Assembly (NCBI GenBank): GCA_002269645.1
Contig: NIVC01000111.1
Location: forward strand, 1-64,000
Direction of reading: 5' to 3'
Length of the DNA: 64,000 bases
Source: Macrostomum lignano
Taxonomy: Eukaryota
In this document: positions 35,140 through 49,000 of the stretch, one piece after another
How positions within the stretch are numbered: the first letter of the stretch is position 1
Layout of the letters: each line of letters starts with the position of its first letter
The notes under the pieces: generated by a model
What the model was told of the DNA's origin: nothing
The model's database searches: none
What the model saw: the letters and a program-made list of their open reading frames with translations, nothing else
Made by a program: the position numbers and the translations under genes

Positions 35140-35790
35140 CTGTCGCCCCCTTCCCAGTATATAGCCTTGGCGCCCCTTCCCAGTACAGCCTTGGCGCCCC
35201 CTTCCCAGCACAGCCTTGGCGCCCCCTTCCCAGTAGCTCTGTCGCCCCCTTCTCAGTATAGCCTTGGCGCCCCCTTCCCAGTACAGCCTTGGCGCCACCT
35301 TCTCAGTACAGCCTTGGCGCCCCCTTTGCAGTACAGCCTTGGCGCCCCCTTCCCAGTACAGCCTTGGCGCTCCCTTCCCAGTACAGCCTTGGCGCCCCCT
35401 TCCCAGTACAGCCTTGGCGCCCCCTTCCCAGTACAGCCTTGGCGCCCCCTTCCCAGTACAGCCTTGGCGCCCCCAATTTCCAGTATAGCCTTGGCGCCCC
35501 CAATTTCCAGTATAGCCTTGGCGCCCCCTTCCCAGTATACCCTTGGCGCGCCCAATGTCCAGTATAGCCTTGAATTGGCGCCCCCTTGCCATAGCCTTGG
35601 CGCACACTTTCCAGCAGTATAGCCTTGGCGCCCCCTTCCCAGAATAGCCTTGGCGCCCTCTTCCCAGTATAGCCTTGGCGTCCCCCTTCCCAGTATAGCC
35701 TTGGCGCCCCGAATTTCCAGTAGCCTTGGCCCTTCACAGTAGCTTTAATTTGTCGCCACCTTCCCCAGTAGCTTTGCGCGCCCTCCGCCA
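35140..35790. repeat. Minisatellite, about 25-bp unit CCCAGTACAGCCTTGGCGCCCCCTT
   Basis: Intergenic tandem array between DM9-2 and clathrin. Confidence 0.92.
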
Positions 35791-36469
35791 TTACAGGTAG
35801 CCAATTAGTAGTACACCTATACATGTACATGTATGTAGACTGGAGACGTGCGCGCGCGTTAGAAGTGGCTGCAATAACAATCTCACCGGCCTGCGCATTG
35901 ACTACACTATGGATGCAAGCCAAATAAATATATATTCGGTCTTGGATTGGGGCACCACTGTACGTGTCTATGAAACCATGAGACTGTCATGCAGTGAAGC
36001 TGTTAAAATTTGCCTCGATGAGCACTGAGTGTGTCAGTCAATCATACATGTCCTTAGAGTCATATAGCTCTATTGTGTATATCATTGCTGTGGTTCTCAT
36101 TACAAGTACATGTAATGTATAATGTATATGCACATGTTACGAATGATGAGGATTCGACAGCAAGAAGTGAAGCGTAAATCCAAAAGTCATTTGATTCAGG
36201 TCCACGGCACCACGTAGCGCAATAACTCCCAAACTATAATAGTTTTTGCTCCTGCAAAAGGAATATTTCACGCATATACTGCAACGTTGGAAGTTTGTTT
36301 TCAGCTTAGCTTTTAGCCACTGGTGTCGACGATCATTTTGTCTATTTAAAGTAATAGTGCTCAATTTGAGTTCGCGTGCACTTCTATTATTTTCTATTAT
36401 TTCTCTTTCTTTCTCACTGCGTCAACCCCCACCCCTGTGTATAGTCTTTCGCGAAATTTCTTTTCGTTT

Positions 36470-36612
36470 CCGATTGGCTGTAAATGCGTGAATAACGAAC
36501 CCTACCAATAGAGTGCTTAGTGCCTACCCTGTCGGAGAAATCCGATTGGTTAGGATTTACTAAGCGCTGCGTTTTTCACCCTGCCCTCCCCCGTCGCGGT
36601 CAGTCTATAAAT
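36470..36612 (+). promoter_or_regulatory. Probable clathrin heavy chain core promoter
   Basis: Three CCAAT boxes (36473 inverted, 36505, 36545 inverted) and TATAAA at 36606; a putative 5'UTR-exon donor GTGAGT lies near 36768. Confidence 0.5.
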
Positions 36613-37061
36613 TCAAGCAAGCTGGAGAGCTAGTAAATCAGGTTTCTTCGACTAATAAAGTCTGCAATAGTTGGCGAGAATTCGAACTCCGGAATACGCG
36701 GACCTACAATAATTTAATTTGGACTATTTTGGTTCTAACATAAATCCATCTTCAAATTATCTACTGAGTGAGTATTTAACCTAGTAATATTTTATTAAAA
36801 ACTTTTTGGTGAATGAAAGTTGAACATAGTTTATTATTTTTCGTTTCTGCACGATGCGGTGCTTTTTCATTTGTTATAACAGTGCAATGAGTTGTGCCTA
36901 TTTCCTGAATTTTTTAAGCATAAAGAATTTAACGGACAAAAAACTTCAATCGATCAACAGAAGAGAACGAACGTAGGCTACTGATTCTGAGTATTAGGCA
37001 GTAGTCTTTTTAGACATTTGCTAGAGAGTCCCAGGATTACCTGATACTATTCTATTGTATC

Positions 37062-40000
37062 ATGTCTCAGACAATTCCTATTAAGTTCCAAGAACATTTC
37101 CAGGTAAGTCTAAAAAAAATCGGTTTTTACAGATAAACGAGTATGTATACATGTGTACTAGGCCTACAACTAGTACTCGCCACTAAATAGTGTTAGTTAA
37201 TCTTTATTGCTCAGGCTTCACCTTGCATGTCAGTATTTATAGTTCTATCATCTCCTTTTCTTTTTTCTCTTTCTGTTTTATACTTTATTCTTATTAAATC
37301 CTTTATTTAGCCTTCAGGCCAGACTTTTTTGCTCTATGCTATTGTGTGTTGCTATAGGCCTAAATATTTAACCTATAAACAGAATTTTTTACTTTTTAAT
37401 ATTCTTAAAATTTCTTAAAATATTTTTTAAGAATGTTTTAAATTAAAAAGCTTGGTAAAGCTTTTTCAATGTCCAAGTTATAATTTATGGCTGCTAGCTA
37501 CCCATAGGCCTAGCTACATCTACATGTTCTTATTATGATCCGTATAATATAGCATTATTAGGGTTAAGATTAGCATAGTTTATTTTAAATAAAAATATAT
37601 AACTATATATGTAGTATAGGCCTTAAGGCATTTAACTAATTATCACGTTTAAGAAAGTTATATGTTATCTTAAACTAGGCATATGCCTATTTAATTTATT
37701 TTCTGATTCAACTCAATGAATTTATGCTTATTTATTGTAAAGGGACCTAGTTTAAACTCAACTTTCTTGATTTATTTTTTTTATTAGCTCTATTATTTCC
37801 TCATTTTTTCTGTCTTTTTGTTTTATACTTTATTCTTATCAAATCTTTATTTAGCCCTTTGCTTAAGCCAAAGATTTTTTGCTATATGCTATTGTATATT
37901 GCTAAATAAATATTTTAAGGGTTAGAAAATATTGAAGTTTAAAGATTTTGAGATGGGGGAGAAGAAAAGGAAAAAAAATAATTTAATTTATTTGAATATT
38001 TTCATGTTTGACATTAGTCAGTTTCTGACACCAATTTAGGTGGGATGGTTTAACTTTGAATTGCCACCTGCATTGTCTTGGCACTTGTAAAGCCGGAAAA
38101 TCTAACAAACTAATACATTTAGCTTTTCTGTTGATACTTCGTCTGCTAGGTCCTCAATTCCAGGGGTAGGATAGTTATAATTTGCAGTTAGGCAGTCTTT
38201 TAATGGCACAGTCATTCAATTGAGTCTTTAGATACAATAAATTTTGTAATCTGTCCATATGCTCAGTTTGTTACTATCAGTAGTAAAGTAGTACTACCAC
38301 CATTGTAATTTCGTATTACAGAATATTTAGGGCCTCAAGCTTTCTTTGAGATAAGACTAATTGGTTGTTTCATGCCCCGTGGGCAAATGACTCAATAGAA
38401 ACTAAAGGCTTCAATTAGGAATGAGTGTATAAATATTGTTGTCACTTATTAATATTTAACACTGGATAGGCATTAGTTAAACAAATTACTAAGAATTACT
38501 AATGTATTATTATTATTAATTGTTAATTCACTATGACAAGAGTAGATTTGGCACAGCCAAGAGCAATTAATGAAATAAATTGGGGTTATGCACTGAGCAA
38601 ATGAGAGATTAGCTATGGTCCAAAACAGAACCAGAACAAAAGTAAGAGAAAAGGGTGTTGAAAACTGAAACTGAACATGCAAGAATTTATACATAGAACT
38701 CGGCTAATTCCTGGGAATGGGACACAAGGGGGAATACTGGGTGGAACACATGAGGGAAAAAGGAATAAAACCGGCAGTGGATATATGGTAAAACATATTA
38801 AAACAAGGATGGGACCAGGGAAAGGACCAGCAAATAAGTCATAATGCCAATAAAAGTTAAATATTTTTTTTAATCTGTAAATTTTTCTAGTAGTCTTAAA
38901 TCTAAAATTTGTAGCATTTTTATATTTATTTTATTATTTTAATATAACAATAACATGGATAATGAAGTTCTTTGCTATCTTTTCTCACTATTTGAAATTT
39001 TCCTCACTAATGCAAACCTTTTCATCACTTTTCGGAACTTTTCCTGAGTACTTTAAAGTCATTAAAACTTATCAGTATAGGAAATGTTTAGTTTTGTGGT
39101 TTGTCAGGATTAGGAAGGGGATAGCAGCAATTAGTAAAGGTATAAATAAAGATTTTCTATGTTCAATCTGTGCATACAATGTATGAGTATGTAACACTCA
39201 GTTAATTTTTTGTTACAAATTATTAATGCATTAATTTGTGCATAGGCATGAAAGGTGAGCGAGATGCACAGAAAAGGCACTTTAGGGGTCTATTGAATGT
39301 TTTGGAAATGCACCTGTATACATATTTACACCGCACATGTACACCTTATGCACCTCTAATTCACCTTTTGTGCACTTTCTGCGCCCCTTCAGCACCTTTC
39401 CTACACCTGCTGTGCCTCACTTGTGAGCCTACTATTTATTCACTTTTTGTGTACCTCCAGTGCCCCTTACGCACCTTTAGTGCCCCTACCGCTGCAACCA
39501 ATCAAAATTGAGAATTCACCTACTGCCTGACCACTTCACCAATTTTACACCTTTCATGCCTCTTTTCAAAAATATTGGTGACATTTAGGCATAAAAGGTG
39601 CAGTCAGGTGCATTTCTAAAACACACACAAAATAGGCCACTAAGGTGTCTCTTTTGTGCACCTCGCTCACCTTTTATGCCTCTGCAGGTGCATAATTTTT
39701 CCAATGGGTATACTAACTATAAACTTAGGAAAGTTTATTATCTTTATTGATTCTTGATATAATTCTTATTCTTTAATATATTATATATAAATACTAAGCT
39801 ATAGCCTAGTGGTCTATTGTGATGCTTTGATGTGCTAGTGGCCTAGACTTCTTTCCAAGTGCAGCCATATTACTTTGGGGATAAATTGTAATCTTGGCTT
39901 AGGGCTGCTTGTGCAATGAATTCCCCCCAAAGCACAGTGAAAGGTCTTGTTAAGATTTGTTATGTTCAAAGACACTACGTGGTTGGACTCAAACTCTACT

Positions 40001-43000
40001 GAGGTTAAGCAACCACCAGTTTGCTTATGTACTTCAATTCTATTGAAACTCTACTGAGGTTAAGCAACCACCAGTTTGCTTATGTACTACAATTCTATTG
40101 AAACTCTACTGAGGTTAAGCAACCACCAGTTTGCTTATGTACTTCAATTCTATTGAAACTCTACTGAGGTTAAGCAACCACCAGTTTGCTTATGTACTAC
40201 AATTCTATTGAAACTCTACTGAGGTTAAGCAACCACCAGTTTGCTTATGTACTTCAATTCTATTGAAACTCTACTGAGGTTAAGCAACCACCAGTTTGCT
40301 TATGTACTTCAATTCTATTGAAACTCTACTGAGGTTAAGCAACCACCAGTTTGCTTATGTACTTCAATTCTATTGAAACTCTACTGAGGTTAAGCAACCA
40401 CCAGTTTGCTTATGTACTTCAATTCTATTGAAACTCTACTGAGGTTAAGCAACCACCAGTTTGCTTATGTACTACAATTCTATTGAAACTCTACTGAGGT
40501 TAAGCAACCACCAGTTTGCTTATGTACTTCAATTCTATTGAAACTCTACTGAGGTTAAGCAACCACCAGTTTGCTTATGTACTTCAATTCTATTGAAACT
40601 CTACTGAGGTTAAGCAACCACCAGTTTGCTTATGTACTTCAATTCTATTGAAACTCTACTGAGGTTAAGCAACCACCAGTTTGCTTATGTACTTCAATTC
40701 TATTGAAACTCTACTGAGGTTAAGCAACCACCAGTTTGCTTATGTACTTCAATTCTATTGAAACTCTACTGAGGTTAAGCAACCACCAGTTTGCTTATGT
40801 ACTTCAATTCTATTGAAACTCTACTGAGGTTAAGCAACCACCAGTTTGCTTATGTACTACAATTCTATTGAATAAAAACCCCTGTGCTCAACCCAACCCA
40901 GCTGCAAAACATCGGCATCAACAATGCCAGCATCGGCTTCTCCACGCTCACCATGGAGTCAGACCGGTTCATCTGCGTCCGCGAGAAAGTCGGTGAAACC
41001 GCCCAGGTAGTGATTGTGGACATTAACGATCACAGCAACCCCACTAGGCGGCCAATATCAGCCGACAGCGCCATCATGAATCCTGTCAGCAAGGTGATCG
41101 CTCTGAAGGCTGGCAAAAGCTTGCAGATTTTCAATATCGAATTGAAATCTAAGATGAAGTCGCACACGATGACTGAGGATGTCACTTTCTGGCGCTGGAT
41201 CACCGTAAATACTATTGGCATAGTGACGGAGACTGGAGTGTACCACTGGAGTCTGGAGGGCGACTCTGGCCCGGTTAAGATGTTTGACAGGTGAGACTGT
41301 TTGGCTTGGGTACACGAGTATATGAGATTCTTCCCGAAATTCGCCTACTATCACGGAAGATTTTTGTTCATAAAATTCTCCGTTCTCTCACACAATGCCA
41401 CCAAAAATTCTTAGAAAATTCCCCTTTAGGTACTCTCCCTTCTTTTTCTAATGAGAAACTCCTCAAAAGATTCTACATTCTTTGAAAGATTCCCCTTTAG
41501 CGGTTCCCCGTTCTTAGAAAGATTCCCCTCTAGTGATTCTCCATTTTCTCGAAAGATTCCCCTCTAGTGATTCTCCATTTTTAGAAAGATTCCCCTCTAG
41601 TGATTCTCCATTCTTAGAAAGATTCCCCTCTAGTGATTCTCCATTTTTAGAAAGATTCCCCTCTAGTGATTCTCCATTCTTAGAAAGATTCCCCTCTAGT
41701 GATCATTCTCGATTCTTTGAAAGATTCCCCCTCTAATGATTATCCATTCTTAAAAAGATTTCCCTCTAGAGTTTCTATTCTTTAAAATATTCCTCTCTAG
41801 AGGTCTGTTCTCCCAGCTATAATAAATTCCCCTCGAGAGATTCTCTTCATCGGAATCACAACAAATCACCGCCGTTCTTTAGTTATATCCCTTTAGAAGT
41901 CTTTCTTAATTCCCCCAGAAATTCTCTTGAGCTCACTATCACCCCCCCCCCTTCGCGATGAAACCCGGCAGGCACGCCTCCCTGTCCGGCTGTCAGATCA
42001 TCAACTACCGCTCGGACACCAGCCAGAAGTGGCTGCTCATCATTGGCATTTCGGCGCAGCAGAATCGCGTAGCCGGAGCCATGCAGCTGTACAGCGTCGA
42101 GCGCCGCGTCTCCCAGCCAATCGAAGGCCACGCCGGCGTGTTTATCGAGTTCAAATTGGAGGGCAACGCCTCCCCGTCTAACCTGTTCTGCTTTGCTAAC
42201 CGGGGAGTACAGGTAATATTATGATTGTATAAATCAAGTCTTTACTAGGCAATAGTGTTGAACCCATCCTATTCATATTCCTACCTATATCTTGCTTACA
42301 GATTTTTTGATTCCCTCTCTGAGATTCCCCATCTGATTCCCCTCTGAGATTCCCCATCTGATTCCCCTCTGAGATTCCCCATCTGATTCCCCTCTGAGAT
42401 TCCCCATCTGATTCCCCTCTGAGATTCCCCATCTGATTCCCCTCTGAGATTCCCCATCTGATACCTTCTCGGAGATTTCCCGACTCTACTACCCCTCTAA
42501 GTAAAAGTACGAGTAAATTATTCGATCCTGCAAACTAATTATCCTTTAAAATTCCTCTCCCTAAACCCGAACCGGCAGGCCGCCAAGCTGCACGTGATCG
42601 AGGTGGGCCAGCCCGCTGCCGGCAACCAGCCCTATCCCAAGAAGCAGATCGATTTGTTCTTCCCGCCGGAGGCTACCTCCGATTTCCCGGTTGCTATGCA
42701 GGCCTCGCCTAAGCACGGCATCGCCTACCTGGTGACTAAATACGGCTACATTCACATGTACGACATGGACACGGCTACGTGCCTGTACATGAACCGGATC
42801 AGCAGTGAGACCATTTTTGTCACGGCTCCGCACGAACCCAGCGGTGGAATCATTGGCGTCAATAGGAAGGGTCAGGTGCTGAGCGTCAGCCTTGATGAGG
42901 ACAATGTTATCAGTGAGACTCTTGGCTTATTGCTCATTTTGGCTTCATAAAATCATTTTGCTTCATTTGGCTTCATTTTGGATCATCCCCTGACAATTTT

Positions 43001-46000
43001 GTTTATCCTCCCCTGACAATTTTGTTTATCCTCCCCTGACAATCTTGTTTATCCTCCCCTGACACTCTTGTTTATCCTCCCCTGACAATTTTGTTTATCC
43101 TCCCCTGACAATCTTGTTTATCCTCCCCTGACACTCTTGTTTATCCTCCCCTGACAATTTTGTTTATCCTCCCCTGACAATCTTGTTTATCCTCCCCTTG
43201 ACACTCTTGTTTATCCTCCCCTGACAATCTTGTTTATCCTCCCCTTGACACTCTTGTTTATCCTCCCCTGACACTCTTGTTTATCCTCCCCTTGACAATC
43301 TTGTTTATCCTCCCCTGACACTCTTGTTTATCCTCCCCTTGACACTCTTGTTTATCCTCCCCTGACACTCTTGTTTATCCTCCCCTGACACTCTTGTTTA
43401 TCCTCCCCTTGACACTCTTGTTTATCCTCCCCTGACACTCTTGTTTATCCTCCCCTGACACTCTTGTTTATCCTCCCCTGACAATCTTGTTTATCCTCCC
43501 CTGACACTCTTGTTTATCCTCCCCTGACACTCTTGTTTATCCTCCCCTGACACTCTTGTTTATCCTCCCCTGACAATTTTGTTTATCCTCCCCTTGACAC
43601 TCTTGTTTATCCTCCCCTGACAATTTTGTTTATCCTCCCCTTGACACTCTTGTTTATCCTCCCCTGACAATTTTGTTTATCCTCCCCTTGACACTCTTGT
43701 TTATCCTCCCCTTGACACTCTTGTTTATCCTCCCCTGACACTCTTGTTTATCCTCCCCTGACACTCTTGTTTATCCTCCCCTGACAATCTTGTTTATCCT
43801 CCCCTGACACTCTTGTTTATCCTCCCCTGACACTCTTGTTTATCCTCCCCTGACACTCTTGTTTATCCTCCCCTGACAATTTTGTTTATCCTCCCCTTGA
43901 CACTCTTGTTTATCCTCCCCTGACAATTTTGTTTATCCTCCCCTTGACACTCTTGTTTATCCTCCCCTGACAATTTTGTTTATCCTCCCCTTGACACTCT
44001 TGTTTATCCTCCCCTGACAATTTTGTTTATCCTCCCCTTGACACTCTTGTTTATCCTCCCCTGACAATCTTGTTTATCCTGCCCTTGACCCTTGAAATCT
44101 TGTGTATCCTCCCCGTAGGATTTTTGGGTGTCTTAAGAACTCAGCCCTTAGATATTATGTAACTAGCCCTGAGATCTCATAACCAACCTTGAGGTTTGAC
44201 CTAACCAGGCTCTGAGGTCTCACAAAACCAGGCCCCGAGGTTGAGATCTCACATAAACAGCCCTGAGATCTCACCCTGAGATTCGCGCCCCTATTCCGCC
44301 ACCCGCAGGCTATGTGACCAACAACCTGCAGAACCCGGACCTGGCACTGAAGCTGGCCTCGCGCAACAATCTTCAAGGCGCTGACGACCTGTTCCTGCGC
44401 AAGTTCAACAGCCTGTTCCAGCAGGGCAATTACTCTGAGGCTGCCAAAGTGGCCGCCAGCGCTCCTAAGGGCATCCTGAGGACTCCGCAAACTATTCAAC
44501 GATTCCAACAGGTGCCAGTGCAGCCAGGGACCACCTCGCCAATGCTGCAGTACTTCACCATCCTGCTTGACCAGGGCCAGCTCAACAAATACGAGAGCCT
44601 GGAGCTGTGCCGCCCCGTGCTGCAGCAGGGCCGCAAACAGGTGGTAGAGAAATGGCTCAAAGAGGACAAGCTGGAATGCTCTGAAGAGCTGGGAGATCTG
44701 GTTAAGCAGACCGATCCAACTTTGGCTTTGAGTGTCTACCTGAGAGCCAATGTGCCGCATAAGGTTATCCAGTGCTTCGCAGAGACTGGGCAGTTCCAGA
44801 AGATCGTGCTCTACGCTAAGAAGGTAAGCCAGAATCATCCTCAAAGCACCCCTGGAATCGCCCTGAAAGCACCCCTAGAATCACCCTCAAAGCAACCCAT
44901 AGAATCGCCCTCAAAGCACCTCTAGAATCGCCCTCAAGGCACCCCTAGAAACGCCCTCAAAGCACCCCTAGAATCGCCTTTAAGGCACCCCTAGAATCGC
45001 CTTTAAGGCACCCCTAGAATCGCCTTTAAGGCACCCCTAGAATCGCCCTCAAACCACCCCTAGAATCGCCCTCAAGGCACCCCTAGAATCGCCCTCAAAC
45101 CACCCCTAGAATCGCCCTCAAAGCACCCCTAGAATCGCCTTCAAATCACCCCTAGAATCGCCCTCAAACCACCCCTAGAATCGCCCTCATGGCACCCCTA
45201 GAATCGCCCTCAAATCACCCCTAGAATCGCCCTCAAAGCACCTCTAGAATCGCCCTCAAAGCACCTCTAGAATCGCCCTCAAAGCAACCCTAGAATCGCC
45301 CTCAAAGCACCGCTAGAATCGCCCTCAAAGCACCCCTAGAATCGCCCTCAAAGCACCCCTAGAATTGCCTTTAAGGCACCCCTAGAATCGCCCTCAGAAC
45401 TTATCAAGACAATTAGACAAATCACGCAATAATCCTACATCCGTTGCTATGCCATTGCCACCCGCCCCAATCCGCAGGTTGGCTACTCGCCAGACTACAT
45501 CTTCCTGCTGCGCAACCTGATGCGCATCAATCACGAGCAGGGACTCCAGTTCGCCCAGATGCTCGTGCAAGATGACGAGCCCCTAGCCGACATCAGCCAG
45601 ATTGTCGACGTGTTCATGGAGCAGAATCTCGTCCAGCAGTGCACCAGCTTCCTGCTAGACGCTTTGAAGAACAATCGGCCTAGCGAGGGTCACCTGCAGA
45701 CTCGCCTGCTGGAGATGAACCTCATGTCTGCGCCGCAGGTGGCCGACGCCATCCTTGGCAACCAGATGTTCTCGCACTACGACAAGGCGCACATTGCCAG
45801 CCTGTGCGAGAAGGCCGGCCTGCTGCAGCGGGCTCTGGAGCACTACACCGACCTCTACGACATCAAGCGGGCCGTGGTGCACACGCACATGCTCAACCCG
45901 GAGTGGCTGGTCAACTATTTTGGCAATCTAAGCGTTGACGACTCGCTGGAATGCTTGAAGGCCATGCTGCAGGCCAATATTAGACAGAACCTGCAGGTCT

Positions 46001-49000
46001 GTGCATGCTTGGCTCCAATACCGTCTCTTATCCCATTCTATCCCATCTCTCATCCCATTCTATCCCATCTCTCATCCCATTCGACCCCAACTCTCATCCC
46101 ATTCGACCCCAACTCTCACCCCATACTACCCCATCTCTCATCCCATTCGACCCCAACTCTGAACCCATACTACCCCATCTCTCATCCGATTCTACCCCAA
46201 CTCTCACTCCAAACTACCCCATCTCTCATCCCATTCTATCCTATCTACTCTCTACATTCTACCCCATCTCTTTCCTCTCTTTACCGTATCTCTCCCCATT
46301 CTACACCATCTCCCGATCCTACCCTATCTCTCCCCATTCTACACCATCTCCCGATCCTACCCTATCTCTCCCCATTCTAGCCCATCTCTCATCTCACTTT
46401 ACCTCATCTATCATCCTCCCCACCCTGTCTCTGTTTCCTTCCTTATCTGCGTTTAAGCTGTCCTATTTCTACTTAAAGTAGTCAAATGCGGCTTATGTAG
46501 ATGAACAGTAAACTGCGTTTCTTAGAAACACTTAAAAACTAACGTCTAAGAAACTTGTCTGTAAGTAGTATCTATGGCTCCTTTTGCACATGTTTGTTAG
46601 GAAATTGAAGCCACTTTCTGCTTCTACCGAACCCCGCAGGTGTGCGTTCAAATCGCCTCGAAATATCACGAGCAGCTCGGAGCGGCCGCCCTTATTGAAA
46701 TATTCGAACAGTTCAAAAGCTACGAAGGCCTGTTCTACTTCTTAGGCAGCATTGTGAACTTCAGCCAGGACCCGGAGGTGCACTTCAAGTACATCCAGGC
46801 CGCCTGCAAGACCTCCCAGTTCAAGGAGGTGGAGCGCATCGTTCGCGAGTCCAGCGTCTACGAGGCCGAGCGGGTGAAGAACTTCCTGAAGGAGGCCAAG
46901 CTGACCGACCAGCTGCCGCTCATCATCGTGTGCGACCGGTTCGACTTTGTGCACGACCTGGTGCTCTACCTGTACCGCAACAGTCTGCAGAAGTACATTG
47001 AGATCTACGTGCAGAAGGTGCGCTTAAAAACTTTTTCAGTTTAAAGCAGGGGGCAGTATGCACCTTTAAGCGACATTGTCACACAGCCAGGGAGAGGCAC
47101 GCACAGGCACACAGTCACACAGGAGTGCACAGCGGCCCTAACTTTATTTATCGATAGGCATGTACACTTCACTGTGCCTTGGGGGTTGCCTCTCAAGGGC
47201 GTTAATTAGCACGAGCAGAGCCAAGCCGAGATTCTATTTTAGCCGTAAAAATAATGTGACTGCACTTTAAATCGAGCCTGGGCCGCTGGCACATCAGAGC
47301 GCTGCGCTGGCGTACTAAGATACCCCCCCCCCAAATTGAGACTTATGGGTGAGATTCTGAGGATATGGATTGAGACTTCTGGATGAGATTTTGAGGATAT
47401 GGATTGAGACTTCTGGATGAGATTCTGAGGATATGGATTGAGACTTCTGGATGAGATTTTGAGGATATGGATTGAGACTTCTGGATGAGATTTTGAGGAT
47501 ATGGATTGAGACTTCTGGATGAGATTTTGAGGATATGGATTGAGACTTCTGGATGAGATTTTGAGGATATGGATTGAGACTTCTGGGTGAAATTTTGAGG
47601 ATATGGATTGAGACTTCTGGGTGAGATTCTGAGGATATGGATTGGGACTTCTGGGTGAGATTTTGAGGATATATGGATTGAGACTTCTGGGTGAGATTCT
47701 GAGGATATGGATTGAGACTTCTGGGTGAGATTTTGAGGATATATGGATTGAGACTTCTGGGTGAGATTCTGAGGATATGGATTGAGACTTCTGGGTGAGA
47801 TTTTGAGGATATATGGATTGAGACTTCTGGGTGAGATTTTGAGGATATATGGATTGAGACTTCTGGGTGAGATTCTGAGGATATGGATTGAGACTTCTGG
47901 GTGAGATTTTCAGGATATAGATAGAAAAGAGAAGCGAGCTGAGCAAAGACACAAACTTGAGCAGGCCACATTGCCATTGTGGAGTTTCAAAGGACCCGAG
48001 GACCGGATAGAGAGGCTTCGCGGGCCGGTTTTTGCGGACCCCTGCTCTAAGGAGTGAAAAACTTCAAGCTTGCGTCACCAAATCTCTGCGCAAATCTTGC
48101 AGGTGAACCCTAGCCGTCTTCCAGTGGTTGTTGGCGGCCTATTGGACGTCGACTGCTCCGAAGACGTGATCAAGCAGCTCATCCAGGTGGTCCATGGCCA
48201 GTTCTCAACTGACGAACTCGTTGCGGAAGTTGAGAAGCGGAACCGGCTCAAACTGCTGCTACCCTGGCTTGAGAATCGGGTGCACGAGGGCTCTGAGGAG
48301 CCGGCCACGCACAATGCCCTGGCCAAGATCTACATCGATGCTAATAACAACCCGGAGCGGTTCCTCAGGGAGAACCGGTTCTACGATTCCCGGGTGATCG
48401 GCAAGTACACGGAGAAGCGCGACCCTCACCTGTCCTGCCTTGCCTATGAGCGGGGCCAGTGCGACGAAGACCTCATCCGGGTGTGCAACGAGAACTCCCT
48501 GTTCAAGTCCGAGGCCAGGTACCTAGTTAAACGGAAGGACGAGACTCTGTGGGCTCAGGTGCTGCAGGAGGACAATCCTTATAGGCGACAACTGATTGAT
48601 CAGGTGAGCGGTTTCGAAATCACATTTTCAAGGATTTTGTAGATAATCTGTAATCCGTTGAGTGAGATTTTAAAGAGATTTGTAATCTGTGTGGGTGAGA
48701 TTCTGAGATTTGTAACCTGTCTGGGTGAGATTTTGAAGAGATGTGTAATCTGTTAGGTGAGATTATCAAGAGATTTTTAATCTGTTGGTAAGATTTTAAA
48801 GAGATCTCTAATCTGTTTGAGACTGAAGAGATATATAATCTGTTAGGTGAGATTTTAAAGAGATATGTAATCTATTAGATGAGATTTTGAAGAGATGTGT
48901 AATCAGTTGGGTGAGATTTTAAAGAGATGTGTAATCAGTTGGGTGAGATTTTGAAGAGATATGTAATCTGTTAGGTGAGATTTTGAAGAGATATGTAATC

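Noticed and set aside
37250-37920. Diverged direct repeat of about 120 bp (about 37250-37375 and 37795-37915) in clathrin intron 1
   Set aside because: AT-rich local duplication with no sign of function.
38580-38860. Purine-rich, stop-interrupted protein-like stretch in clathrin intron 1
   Set aside because: Possibly an old retroelement fragment, but no diagnostic motif is visible.
39991-40870. Regular 55-bp array superficially like a CRISPR
   Set aside because: No unique spacers, eukaryotic intron and no cas genes.
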